Numbered from the stretch's first letter, positions 18,169 to 27,493 are shown. The stretch is DNA of 64,000 nt from Parcubacteria group bacterium (GCA_016203945.1 JACQLT010000003.1:10958-74957), one strand, 5' to 3'. Program-made: numbers and translations. Notes: generated by a model from the sequence alone, not told the origin.

Positions 18169-18453
18169 ATGAATCCCGTTAGAGAAAACAAAACCTGGTA
18201 TACCTATCTCTTGCAAAGCAAGAAAGACAAACACTGGTATACTGGCTGTACTGCAGATTTACGGAAGCGCTTTAAAGAACACAATGACAACCTGGTAACA
18301 TCAACAAAAGGTCGTGGCCCTCTCAATCTTATTTACTACGAAGCGTGTTTCGATAAAAATGATGCCTTTGCGCGAGAAAGATATTTGAAATCGGGTATGG
18401 GCAAACGATATTTAAAAAATCGGCTAAAGCGCTTCCTTTCTCTAACGAGATGA
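18169..18453 (+). CDS. GIY-YIG nuclease domain protein
   Basis: WYTYLLQSKKDKHWYTGCTADLRKRFKEHN matches the GIY-YIG (UPF0213-type) pattern. Confidence 0.8.
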   Translation: MNPVRENKTWYTYLLQSKKDKHWYTGCTADLRKRFKEHNDNLVTSTKGRGPLNLIYYEACFDKNDAFARERYLKSGMGKRYLKNRLKRFLSLTR

Positions 18454-19316
18454 AGACGATCGGATTTCTGTTCATTCTTGTTCTCATCATTTCCGGAGCC
18501 ACGCTGTTTCTGGAAGGAAGGATTCCATTCCTTCTGTTTGAACATCGTTTGGAACAGATCGGATCTCAGAACTTTGGCATTCAGGCAGCCCCGCACGAGA
18601 TTGTGCTTCCCCCGCCTCTCCGCGGGAGCACGGAGTCAAAGCCTGCCACCCTTTCGCATTCCGGGGTTTTCTTTTGGACGAATGAGCAGCGGAAGGACAA
18701 CGGTCTGACTGTGCTAAAATCAAGCTTGGCTCTTGACGCGGCAGCCGCAGCAAAACTCAATGATATGTTTATTCATCAATATTTTGCCCACGTTTCTGCA
18801 ACTGGCCTGGGAGTCGGAGACTGGGCTGCAGATCAGCATTACGAGTTCATCACAATAGGAGAGAATCTTGCTTTGGGGAACTATAAGGACGACCAGGCCT
18901 TGGTGCAGGCGTGGATGGACAGCCCCGGACACCGGGCAAACATCTTGAACGCGAAGTATCAGGAAATCGGCATTGCGGCTGGCCAGGGAATGTACGAAGG
19001 AAGGCAGACGTGGCTGGCGGTGCAGATCTTCGGGCTTCCGTTCTCCGCGTGTCCTGCGGTAGACAGCGCGCTCTATTCCGAGATTCAAGAGCAAAAGACC
19101 AAGCTTGCTGCTGCGGCAGCCATTCTAGACGCTCAGTACGAAGAACTTAAAAAACCGGCTGCCAAGCGGGATCCAGAGTATTCTCAAAGGGTGCAGGACT
19201 ACAATGCCGCAGCCGAGGCGTATAACAAGACGGCGGCTGAAATAAAGGCAATGGTTGAAACATATAACACTCAGGTTAAAGAGCAGCAGGCATGCCTGGC
19301 TGAATTCGATGCCTAA
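18450..19316 (+). CDS. CAP/SCP/PR-1 domain protein, membrane-anchored
   Basis: N-terminal TM, a CAP core (AWMDSPGHRANIL, YQEIGIA), and an Ala-rich coiled tail. Confidence 0.75.
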   Translation: MKTIGFLFILVLIISGATLFLEGRIPFLLFEHRLEQIGSQNFGIQAAPHEIVLPPPLRGSTESKPATLSHSGVFFWTNEQRKDNGLTVLKSSLALDAAAAAKLNDMFIHQYFAHVSATGLGVGDWAADQHYEFITIGENLALGNYKDDQALVQAWMDSPGHRANILNAKYQEIGIAAGQGMYEGRQTWLAVQIFGLPFSACPAVDSALYSEIQEQKTKLAAAAAILDAQYEELKKPAAKRDPEYSQRVQDYNAAAEAYNKTAAEIKAMVETYNTQVKEQQACLAEFDA

Positions 19317-19947
19317 TCAATATATGCATCTGTATTTTATTCGCCACGGAGAAAGCGTGTACAATGCAAAAGACACGGTTCAGCCTCCAGAAGCAGAACT
19401 TTCTAAGCTCGGCATCAAGCAGGCACAAGCGCTGGCAGAGCGGGCATCTCGTCTTCCGATTGAAGCTATACTCTCAAGTCCTTTTGTCCGTACCAGGCAG
19501 ACCGCAGAAATTATCAAAGAAGCAACGGGAAAAGAGGTTATATACACGGAACTTCTACAAGAGCGCAGAAGCCCGTCTGACATTGTCGGATTGAAGCGAA
19601 AAGATCCCCGTATCATATCCATTCGGAGAGAGCTGAGGATTCATGCCAGCAACCCTGCTTGGCATTATTCCGATGAAGAAAACTTCTCTGAGCTAAGAGA
19701 CCGCGCCGCCCAATTTTTAGAGTTCGTTTCTTCAAGAAATGAAGAACGCATTCTCGCGGTCACGCACGGGGATTTGCTCCGCATGGTTCTCATGGTCATG
19801 ATGCTGGGGAATGAAGTCGCCCCCGACATATTCTACCGCTTCAACGATTTTTTCAAGACGCGCAATACCGGCATTACTTTGTGCATACGGCATTCAGAAA
19901 AAGGATGGCAGCTACTCACCTGGAATGACCACGCCCATTTAGGGTAG
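19309..19947 (+). CDS. Histidine phosphatase (phosphoglycerate mutase family)
   Basis: LYFIRHGES catalytic RHG motif, plus a late VTHGD. Confidence 0.8.
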   Translation: MPNQYMHLYFIRHGESVYNAKDTVQPPEAELSKLGIKQAQALAERASRLPIEAILSSPFVRTRQTAEIIKEATGKEVIYTELLQERRSPSDIVGLKRKDPRIISIRRELRIHASNPAWHYSDEENFSELRDRAAQFLEFVSSRNEERILAVTHGDLLRMVLMVMMLGNEVAPDIFYRFNDFFKTRNTGITLCIRHSEKGWQLLTWNDHAHLG

Positions 19948-19962
19948 TATTCATTAAGATAT

Positions 19963-20343
19963 ATGAACCATTCCGACCAGTGGAAAAAGAAGTTGAGCAA
20001 GGAGCAGTACCACGTCATGCGGGAACAGGGGACGGAAGCCCCCTTTTCCGGCAAGTACTGGGATTCGCACGAGAAAGGCATGTTCGTGTGCGCAGCGTGC
20101 GGAGCAGAATTATTTTCTTCTGATACGAAGTTTGATTCGTCAAGCAGATGGCCCAGTTTTACCGAGCCTGCAAACCTTGAGCATGTCGTTCTCAAAGAAG
20201 ATATGAGTTATGGCATGAAGAGGACCGAGGTCGTATGCAAGAGATGTGGAGCGCACCTGGGTCATGTGTTTGACGATGGCCCCAAAGAGCGGGGAGGAAA
20301 ACGGTACTGCATCAACTCAGTATGCCTAGACCTCAAAAGATAA
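19963..20343 (+). CDS. msrB: Peptide-methionine (R)-S-oxide reductase
   Basis: Contains CAACGAELF...RWPSF...CKRCGAHLGHVFDDGP. Confidence 0.92.
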   Translation: MNHSDQWKKKLSKEQYHVMREQGTEAPFSGKYWDSHEKGMFVCAACGAELFSSDTKFDSSSRWPSFTEPANLEHVVLKEDMSYGMKRTEVVCKRCGAHLGHVFDDGPKERGGKRYCINSVCLDLKR

Positions 20344-20392
20344 TAGGCGCGTATTCGGATTTCGGTATTGACAGTTTCTATCCGCATGGTAC

Positions 20393-20644
20393 ATGTATTC
20401 TAATATACACGCAAAGGTCGAAGAATTCGTTGCTCAATATATCGCTAACGTTATGAACGGAGATAAGACCTGCGGTTGTGCACATCACCAAGCGTTCCCC
20501 GTGCTCGTCGTTCTTTTCGGCCTGTTGTTCTTGCTGGGAGAAATGAATGTTGTCGCGGCAAGCACGGTGAGCTTGGGCTGGCCCATCCTCGTCATCTTGG
20601 CTGGATTGCTCAAGCTGAGCAAGGGTATGTGCAAGTGCTGCTGA
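20393..20644 (+). CDS. Small 2-TM protein with Cys/His clusters
   Basis: CGCAHH before TM1 and a C-terminal GMCKCC. The start is ambiguous (20393 or 20453). Confidence 0.45.
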   Translation: MYSNIHAKVEEFVAQYIANVMNGDKTCGCAHHQAFPVLVVLFGLLFLLGEMNVVAASTVSLGWPILVILAGLLKLSKGMCKCC

Positions 20645-20670
20645 TATCATACTATATTGTCGGAACACGG

Positions 20671-20710
20671 ACCCCGCCAGTCCATGGACTGGCGGGGTTT
20701 TCGATTTTCG
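20671..20710 (+). terminator. Rho-independent terminator
   Basis: ACCCCGCCAGTCC/GGACTGGCGGGGT followed by ttttcgatttt. Confidence 0.75.
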
Positions 20711-20749
20711 ATCGCCATCGAGGCAATTTTTTGCTAGAATAGATTGGAC

Positions 20750-21949
20750 ATGAAGACATTGCGGATATTTAATCCCAGAACGAAGAGGAAGGAAGAGTTC
20801 AAAACAACAGACAGAAAGGCGGGGGTATACGTGTGCGGCATCACTCCGTATGACATCACGCATCTGGGGCATGCCTTTACCTACACGTTTTTTGACGTTC
20901 TCTTGCGGTATCTGCGGTACATCGGATACCAGGCGACATATGTGCAGAACCTTACCGACATTGACGACGACATCATCAAGAAGTCAAAAGAGCTGAATAA
21001 GAACTGGAGAAAGCTTGGAGAAGAGAATGCCCAGAAGTTTCTGCAGGACATGAAGTGGCTCAATAACGAACAGCCGGACGCGTATCCAAAAGCTACGGAT
21101 CATATCCGGGGGATACAGGAAATGATCAAGGTACTTCTCAAGCGAGGCGTTGCCTATGCAAAGCACGGGAGCGTGTATTTTTCCATTGCCAAAGACAAGT
21201 CCTATGGCAAGCTGAGCGGGTTATCAAGGAACCGGATGTTGCCCATCGCAAATCAGCGGGGGAATGATCCCAAGGATCCCAACAAAAGGGATTCCTTGGA
21301 CTTTATGTTATGGCAGGCGCGAAAGAAAGGGGAGCCCTTCTGGAATTCCCCGTGGGGGACCGGGCGCCCCGGGTGGCACATTGAGTGCAGTGTCATGTCC
21401 ACTTCGTATCTTGGAGATACCGTAGACATCCATGGTGGAGGATCTGATTTGATCTTTCCCCATCACGAGAGCGAGATTGCGCAGTCTGAAGCAGCAACCG
21501 GCAAGCGATTCGTAAGGCATTGGATGCATACCGGAATGCTGAAGTATAAAGGAGAAAAGATGTCGAAGTCCCTGGGTAATCTGGTACTGATAAGGAATTT
21601 GAAGAAGAAATACAGCGCAAACGCAATCAGAATGTATTTGCTTTCCCATCATTACCGCTCGGTATTTGAATTTTATGAAAAGAATTTGAAAGGGGCACAG
21701 CAGAGGGAGGAGTTGTTTAAGAAGGTATGGCGCTTGCAGTCGCAGACAGGAAGTTCACTTAACATTTCTGAATATAGGGAAGAATTCCACAAAGCTATGA
21801 ATGATGATATGAATACCCCACAGGCGCTAAAGACCATGGAACGCCTGGCTAAGCGCATCCTCAAAGAAAAAGAAAAGAATATTACCGCAGCCAAGGCGTT
21901 TCTAAACATCGCATTCGGCATTATGGGTCTGACCATAGAATACCAATGA
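20750..21949 (+). CDS. CysRS-family paralog of the MshC type (putative L-cysteine:glucosaminide ligase)
   Basis: Contains VCGITPYDITHLGHA, RGNDPKDPNKRDSLDFMLWQ, GRPGWHIECS and KMSKSLGN. It lacks the CysRS C-terminal tail. The ATG at 20750 lies 9 nt after TGcTAGAAT. Confidence 0.75.
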   Translation: MKTLRIFNPRTKRKEEFKTTDRKAGVYVCGITPYDITHLGHAFTYTFFDVLLRYLRYIGYQATYVQNLTDIDDDIIKKSKELNKNWRKLGEENAQKFLQDMKWLNNEQPDAYPKATDHIRGIQEMIKVLLKRGVAYAKHGSVYFSIAKDKSYGKLSGLSRNRMLPIANQRGNDPKDPNKRDSLDFMLWQARKKGEPFWNSPWGTGRPGWHIECSVMSTSYLGDTVDIHGGGSDLIFPHHESEIAQSEAATGKRFVRHWMHTGMLKYKGEKMSKSLGNLVLIRNLKKKYSANAIRMYLLSHHYRSVFEFYEKNLKGAQQREELFKKVWRLQSQTGSSLNISEYREEFHKAMNDDMNTPQALKTMERLAKRILKEKEKNITAAKAFLNIAFGIMGLTIEYQ

Positions 21950-22665
21950 CCAAGAACCTGAAAACCCCTAAAACCGCGCTTGCCGTGTTTGCGCATCCTG
22001 ACGACATGGATTTCAGCTCGTCTGGAACCATCGCAAAATGGGCTTTACGAGGGGCGATTATTACCTATTTGGTGTGTACAGACGGAAGCAAGGGTTCGGA
22101 AGATCCAAAGATCACCCCGCGAAAGCTGGCCGCGATCCGCAAGAAGGAACAGCTTGAAGCCGCCAAGATCCTCGGCGTGAAAGATGTCATATTCCTCGGA
22201 CATCGCGACGGAGAGCTCGTCGTAGATATGAAGCTTAAAGAGGCCATTGCCAGGGTGATCCGGCAAAAGAAGCCGGACCTGGTCATTACCCTGGACCCCA
22301 CGTTCCTATATTCCACGAAGCGCGGTTTTGTGAACCATTCAGACCATCGGGCAGCTGGTCAAGCCGCGATTGACGCCGTGTTTCCTCTGGCGCGCGACCG
22401 CCTAAATTTTCCTCTTCACGAGAAGCAGGGACTGGTCCCGCACAAGACAAACATACTGCTCTTGGTATCCTTTGACGAGCCCGAGCACTTTGAGGATATC
22501 ACCAAGACCTTTGCGAAGAAGCTGAAGGTCCTCCAAGCGCACAAGAGTCAGGTCGGAGATGCAGATCCTTCCTTTGCAAAGCGCATACGAGACCGCGCAC
22601 GCCAGCTTGGGAAGAAGGCCGGAATGTCGTATGCGGAGGGATTCAAAAAAATCGAGCTTTTATGA
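21946..22665 (+). CDS. PIG-L/LmbE family N-acetylglucosaminyl deacetylase
   Basis: VFAHPDDMDF and NHSDHRAAG motifs. Its start overlaps the upstream stop (ATGA). Confidence 0.85.
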   Translation: MTKNLKTPKTALAVFAHPDDMDFSSSGTIAKWALRGAIITYLVCTDGSKGSEDPKITPRKLAAIRKKEQLEAAKILGVKDVIFLGHRDGELVVDMKLKEAIARVIRQKKPDLVITLDPTFLYSTKRGFVNHSDHRAAGQAAIDAVFPLARDRLNFPLHEKQGLVPHKTNILLLVSFDEPEHFEDITKTFAKKLKVLQAHKSQVGDADPSFAKRIRDRARQLGKKAGMSYAEGFKKIELL

Positions 22666-23816
22666 CAGAACAAGAGGCCCTTGATTATCACAAGAAGAAA
22701 CGCGGCAAGATTGAGATTGCCGCCAAGACCTCAATTAGGACCAAGAAGGACTTACGCCTCGCATATACTCCAGGGGTCGCGTTTGCATCCCTGGCCATTG
22801 CAAAAGACAAGACGCAAGATCGCGTGCTGACAAACAAGGGAAACTCCGTAGCCATTATCACAGACGGCACCGCTGTTCTTGGCCTTGGGGATATCGGGCC
22901 GGAAGCCGCAATTCCGGTCATGGAAGGAAAATCAGCCATCTTCAAGTCGTTTGCAGGCATTGACGGATACCCCATTTCCCTGGCCGAGAAAGATCCAAAG
23001 AAGATCATTGATATTATCCTTGCCTTAGCACCCAACTATGCCGGCATCAACCTGGAAGACATTTCAGCTCCTCGATGCTTTGAGATTGAGCGCACCTTAC
23101 GGAGGAAACTTGAGATCCCTGTGTTTCACGACGACCAGCACGGAGCCGCGATCATTGTTGTAAGCGCGCTCGTCAACGCGCTCTCTCTTGTAAAGAAGAA
23201 AGCAGAAGACATTAAGCTCGTGGTCAACGGAGCAGGGGCGGCCGGCATTGCGACAATCCATCTTCTGCTCGCATACGGAGTAAAACACATCACCGCTGTG
23301 GACAAGCAGGGCATTCTTCACAAAAGAGCAAAGGGCATGCACAAGTACCAAGCGGAAATTGCAGCCCTGATCAATCCAAAAAGAAGAGGAGGGCTTAAAG
23401 AGGCGATTGAGGGAGCGGATGTCTTCATCGGATTCTCCGTCGGAAACGTTCTGACAAAATCCATGGTGGCTTCCATGGCAAAGAAGGCCATTGTGTTCGC
23501 GTGTGCGAATCCAACGCCAGAAATCAACCCAAAAGATGCAAAACAGGCGGGCGCATATATTGTTGCAACCGGAAGATCCGACTATCCAAATCAGATCAAC
23601 AACGCGCTTGTGTTCCCCGGACTCTTCAAGGGATTGCTTGAGGCGGGAGCAGCTGAAATTACTCCGCAAGCCATGATCTGCGCCGCAACCTGTCTTGCCG
23701 GGCTGGTAAAGAAGCCGAGTCCCGGCAACATCGTCCCTTCGCTTTTTAATCGGAGGGTGGTGGAAACCGTGGCCTTTACCATACGCCAGCCCGGGGTGTG
23801 CGTGTGCAAGTATTGA
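22662..23816 (+). CDS. NAD(P)-dependent malic enzyme (short form)
   Basis: Contains LAYTPGVA, ITDGTAVLGLGDIGPEAAIPVMEGK and VVNGAGAAG. Its start overlaps the upstream stop. Confidence 0.9.
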   Translation: MTEQEALDYHKKKRGKIEIAAKTSIRTKKDLRLAYTPGVAFASLAIAKDKTQDRVLTNKGNSVAIITDGTAVLGLGDIGPEAAIPVMEGKSAIFKSFAGIDGYPISLAEKDPKKIIDIILALAPNYAGINLEDISAPRCFEIERTLRRKLEIPVFHDDQHGAAIIVVSALVNALSLVKKKAEDIKLVVNGAGAAGIATIHLLLAYGVKHITAVDKQGILHKRAKGMHKYQAEIAALINPKRRGGLKEAIEGADVFIGFSVGNVLTKSMVASMAKKAIVFACANPTPEINPKDAKQAGAYIVATGRSDYPNQINNALVFPGLFKGLLEAGAAEITPQAMICAATCLAGLVKKPSPGNIVPSLFNRRVVETVAFTIRQPGVCVCKY

Positions 23817-23851
23817 CAAGCGCTCTTGAAAAGAGGGAAGGTAGAGTAATC

Positions 23852-24082
23852 ATGAAGAAACCTAAAAACGAGAGTAAGCGAGACCGATTTCGCCGCTTAG
23901 CCCAGCGCAGGACGAATTTGGTTATTAAGCGCTTGAAGATTCTTGGCAACTGCGCGGATAAGGGAAGGTACGAATACATGAAAGAGGATATGGAGCGCAT
24001 CTTCACTGCCATAGACAGAAGATTGAATAAAACGAAAGCAAGGTTCGATCTCCCTGTAGATAGAGAAGAGTTTAAGCTATGA
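23852..24082 (+). CDS. Hypothetical basic 76-aa protein
   Basis: A GGGAAGG-type SD lies upstream of ATG 23852. The stop overlaps the next gene's start. Confidence 0.4.
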   Translation: MKKPKNESKRDRFRRLAQRRTNLVIKRLKILGNCADKGRYEYMKEDMERIFTAIDRRLNKTKARFDLPVDREEFKL

Positions 24083-24333
24083 TTAATACAGAACATCTTT
24101 TGAAAGTTACCGCAGTTTGGACAAGCATTGTCTACGTTGTCTGTTTTGCGGTCATCGGGTTTTTCCCCGGAGTTCGCCCGGGATTTATGATGTACGGCTT
24201 GCATATGAACGTTGCTGGTTGGCAGAATATCTTCAGCTTCCAGACGCTTCTTTCCGGCCTGATTATCTGGAACATCATTGCAGGGCTCTCGGTGTGGCTT
24301 TTTGCCTTTCTTTTCAACAATATTAAGAAGTGA
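24079..24333 (+). CDS. Hypothetical 3-TM membrane protein
   Basis: 84 aa and strongly hydrophobic. It is translationally coupled to the preceding ORF. Confidence 0.5.
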   Translation: MINTEHLLKVTAVWTSIVYVVCFAVIGFFPGVRPGFMMYGLHMNVAGWQNIFSFQTLLSGLIIWNIIAGLSVWLFAFLFNNIKK

Positions 24334-24407
24334 GAATAGCAAGCGAGAGAAGAAAATACCGTATGGTACGCCCAGCGGTTTTTCTTTAGAGATGTTAGAA
24401 TAAGGAT

Positions 24408-25547
24408 ATGGAGCCGTTAGCTTCAAAAATACGGCCAAAAAGCTTAAAGGAGTTTGTCGGCCAGGAGCATCTGGTGGGGGAGAGCAAACCCCTCAATATT
24501 GCGATTGCCCAGAAGCACCTTTTTTCTTTCATCCTCTGGGGCCCGCCGGGTTCCGGGAAAACAACGCTGGCAAGAATATATGCAAAGAGCCTCAACGCAA
24601 AACTGTATGCGCTTTCTGCGGTGTCAGCAGGCAAGGCAGACATTAAAAAAATCATAGATAATGAAGCAGGGGATAGTCCCAAGGTTCTATTCTTGGATGA
24701 GATCCATAGGTTCAATAAAGCGCAACAAGATTTTCTTTTGCCCTATGTGGAATCAGGAGAGTTGACCCTGATCGGAGCCACAACCGAAAACCCAAGCTTT
24801 GAGGTAATTCCGCCATTGCTTTCCAGATGTCGCGTGTTTGTGCTCAACGAGCTTTCTGGCGAAGAAATGGCAAAGGTCATCAAGCAGACAGGGCTCAAGC
24901 TCGACAAAAAGGCAACCGATTGGCTGGTCGCCATGGCAAATGGTGACGCGCGCCAGGCAATCACGATGCTTGAAAATACCAAGGAGCTGTATGGCACAAT
25001 TACGGTAGGAACGCTGAAAGATACGCTTCAGTCAAAATTCCTTCGATACGATAAAAAAGGAGAAGAGCATTACAACACCATCTCGGCCTTCATCAAGAGT
25101 ATGAGGGCTTCCCAGCCAGACGCCGCCCTGTACTATCTGGCGAGAATGATTGACGCTGGCGAAGACCCAAAGTTCATAGCCAGGAGAATGGTCATATTCG
25201 CTTCAGAAGACATTGGACTAGCTCACCCAACGGCTCTTGTCGTCGCAGACGGAGTATTCCGCGCGGTGGAGATCATCGGGCTTCCGGAATGCGCCATAAA
25301 CCTTGCGCACGGCGTTGCCTACCTATGCGAGTGCAAGAAGGATAAGAGCGCGTACGAGGCCTATTTCAGGGCGGCAGCAGACGTAAAAGAATACGGAAAT
25401 CTACCGGTTCCCCTGAAGATCAGGAATGCCCCGACCAAACTCATGAAAGAATTGGAATACGGAAAGGGCTATGAGAAATATGCGAAAGAAGACCTGCTGC
25501 CAGAGAGATTGAAAGGGAAGAAGTATCTTTTCAAAAAACAGCATTGA
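24408..25547 (+). CDS. rarA: Replication-associated recombination protein A (AAA+)
   Basis: [14 protein letters not shown] and [10 protein letters not shown], plus the MgsA C-terminal region ([12 protein letters not shown]). Confidence 0.88.
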   Translation: MEPLASKIRPKSLKEFVGQEHLVGESKPLNIAIAQKHLFSFILWGPPGSGKTTLARIYAKSLNAKLYALSAVSAGKADIKKIIDNEAGDSPKVLFLDEIHRFNKAQQDFLLPYVESGELTLIGATTENPSFEVIPPLLSRCRVFVLNELSGEEMAKVIKQTGLKLDKKATDWLVAMANGDARQAITMLENTKELYGTITVGTLKDTLQSKFLRYDKKGEEHYNTISAFIKSMRASQPDAALYYLARMIDAGEDPKFIARRMVIFASEDIGLAHPTALVVADGVFRAVEIIGLPECAINLAHGVAYLCECKKDKSAYEAYFRAAADVKEYGNLPVPLKIRNAPTKLMKELEYGKGYEKYAKEDLLPERLKGKKYLFKKQH

Positions 25548-25644
25548 CCGCACCAGTTGGAAGGGGAATAATGGAGGAAGAATCCAAACTCTAGAAAGAG
25601 AAAGGTCGAGGCCAATTCCATACATCTTTTTAACTTCTAACAGG

Positions 25645-25890
25645 ATGAAGCCAATAGGAAAAGTTTCTCACTACTACGACAAGGCGGGGGTGGCCATTAT
25701 AGAGCTTCAAGATACCCTGAAAATTGGCGATAGGATCCGGATTGAAAGGGGAGAGAACGTTTTTGAGCAGGGGGTTTCCTCCATGCAGGTGGATTACAAG
25801 CCGGTAGAGAAGGCGGGGAAAGGGGATACGGTGGGTATTAAGATAGACCAGAGGGCCAAGGAAGGATCACTCGTGCTTTTGCTGGAATAA
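25645..25890 (+). CDS. Small beta-barrel protein (EF-Tu domain-2-like)
   Basis: 81 aa. The GDRIRI...GDTVGIKI pattern resembles translation-factor domain II. Confidence 0.45.
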   Translation: MKPIGKVSHYYDKAGVAIIELQDTLKIGDRIRIERGENVFEQGVSSMQVDYKPVEKAGKGDTVGIKIDQRAKEGSLVLLLE

Positions 25891-25913
25891 GAGCGGTCCG
25901 CGCTTGCAGCAGG

Positions 25914-25941
25914 CAGGGAAAACTTGGCAGGGAAAACTTGG
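25914..25941. repeat. Tandem 14-mer CAGGGAAAACTTGG x2
   Basis: Exact copies at 25914-25927 and 25928-25941, running into the palindrome cttggcttagctaagg (25937-25952). Confidence 0.85.
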
Positions 25942-25964
25942 CTTAGCTAAGGTATTATTAGAGT

Positions 25965-26306
25965 ATGATTTCGTTTGAGCAGTTTAAAGAGATTAAGTTG
26001 AAGGTAGGGGAGGTGGTTGCCGCAGAACCTATAGAAGGGTCAAGCAAGCTTTTGAAGCTTAAAGTTTCTTTAGGCGATCCTTCGACGGACTCAGGACAGG
26101 GGATTCGGCAGATTATAGCCGGCATTGGAAAGAAGTATGCGCCAGAACAGTTGATTGGCAGGCAGATTGTTATTGCGGCAAATCTGGAACCAAAGCAGAT
26201 GATGGGCGAAGAGAGCCAGGGCATGCTTCTTGCTGCCGACAGTCCAGAGGGTCCCGTATTTCTTATCCCAGAGCAGCCGGTTCCTCCAGGCACCAATATC
26301 CGCTAG
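25965..26306 (+). CDS. tRNA-binding domain protein (CsaA/Trbp111-like)
   Basis: Contains KLKVGEVVAAEPIEGSSKLLKLKV...ANLEPKQMMGEESQGMLLAA. Confidence 0.85.
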   Translation: MISFEQFKEIKLKVGEVVAAEPIEGSSKLLKLKVSLGDPSTDSGQGIRQIIAGIGKKYAPEQLIGRQIVIAANLEPKQMMGEESQGMLLAADSPEGPVFLIPEQPVPPGTNIR

Positions 26307-26347
26307 ACATATATAACGGGGAAACCAGGGTTAGTTACCTATAGTTT

Positions 26348-26842
26348 ATGGAACCAGAGAATATTTTAAAAGGAAGAATGGCCGAAAGTTTGGTGGAGGA
26401 GTTACTAAAAAAGAGTGGCAATAAAGTTTACCGTTTCGGCTACGAAGCTGTTTTACAGAATTTAACTCAATTAGAAAAAGCATTTGATAGAGAAAACGAA
26501 GTAGGCGAAAGAATAAGATCTATCCCTGATTTTATCGTGATTAATAAACAAGGAAAGCCATTCTTTGTTGAAGTAAAATTCAGAACAGATTTAACTGTCT
26601 ATAATAAAGATATTAAACAGATCGGTTTTATAGAAAAGTTTTGGAAAGCAAAGATAATCGTATTAACAGTCAAACAGCCCTATTTTAGGGTTTCTAATAG
26701 CCCTTATCTAAATGAAAAGCAAGCATGGAATTTGATTTCCCTAAGAGATGATCGCGATTTCGATATTCCAGATGATTCTATAAAAGCTTGCGATGCGCTA
26801 GCAGAAAAGTATTATAAAAAAAGAAACTCAAAGGATAATTGA
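26348..26842 (+). CDS. PD-(D/E)xK nuclease-fold protein (Hjc/YraN-like)
   Basis: GRMAESLVEELLKKSGNKVYRFG...IPDFIV...KPFFVEVKFR gives the E/PD/EVK catalytic pattern. The gene looks AT-rich by eye. Confidence 0.5.
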   Translation: MEPENILKGRMAESLVEELLKKSGNKVYRFGYEAVLQNLTQLEKAFDRENEVGERIRSIPDFIVINKQGKPFFVEVKFRTDLTVYNKDIKQIGFIEKFWKAKIIVLTVKQPYFRVSNSPYLNEKQAWNLISLRDDRDFDIPDDSIKACDALAEKYYKKRNSKDN

Positions 26843-26906
26843 TTGTGCTCTGGACAAGTGTAGGAAATTATGTAGGATGTTTGTAGTACAAGGAGGAGGA
26901 AACTTC

Positions 26907-27161
26907 ATGGCAATTGGGTTTCGGGTGCTTCCACACAGCGTGCGCCCGGGCGTTCAAATCGCCGAGATCCTCATTAACGGCAGCATGGTTGCCGCCATCT
27001 ATCCAGACGGAGAGAAGGGGATTAAGCTCGTCAGCGCGCATATGAAAGAAGTGCGCCAGGATGACGGGACGACGTCCGTGCCACCGATCCCTGCCGTGCT
27101 GATTGAGTTCGACCACCAACCCTACACCATTGAGGGAGGAAGGATCGTAAGGCATCCTTGA
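26907..27161 (+). CDS. Hypothetical 84-aa protein
   Basis: AGGAGGAGGA lies 6 nt upstream of ATG 26907. Confidence 0.4.
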   Translation: MAIGFRVLPHSVRPGVQIAEILINGSMVAAIYPDGEKGIKLVSAHMKEVRQDDGTTSVPPIPAVLIEFDHQPYTIEGGRIVRHP

Positions 27162-27188
27162 GAATAAAGAAGACTCGGAGGATCAGAA

Positions 27189-27446
27189 ATGGCAGTTCGA
27201 GAGGCGAGCGCTTCTCGCGGATGTCGGCATCGATGGCGTCCTGTACCTACTATCCAAAAAAACGACCTCCTTTTCCATCTTCTCTTGCACGGGTGCACGA
27301 AATGCGGGAGGACCCGCGCTCGAGCCCTCTTCTTCTCCTGGAAAGAGATCAGATTGAGCGCCTGGCAGTATTCCCCAAACCCCGGATTTCAGCTCGAACT
27401 GGAAGAACCCGACTGCCCAGACGAGGACCCGTACAGATACGCCTAA
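27189..27446 (+). CDS. Hypothetical 85-aa protein (weak)
   Basis: GGAGG lies 7 nt before ATG 27189. The N-terminal half has an odd Arg/Cys-rich composition. Confidence 0.3.
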   Translation: MAVREASASRGCRHRWRPVPTIQKNDLLFHLLLHGCTKCGRTRARALFFSWKEIRLSAWQYSPNPGFQLELEEPDCPDEDPYRYA

Positions 27447-27493
27447 GGGCCCCTTGCAGAATCTGATTCTGCTCGGGGCCCCCTTTTTATTTT
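27447..27493 (+). terminator. Strong rho-independent terminator
   Basis: GGGCCCC..CAGAAT/ATTCTG..GGGGCCC followed by cctttttatttt. Confidence 0.8.
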
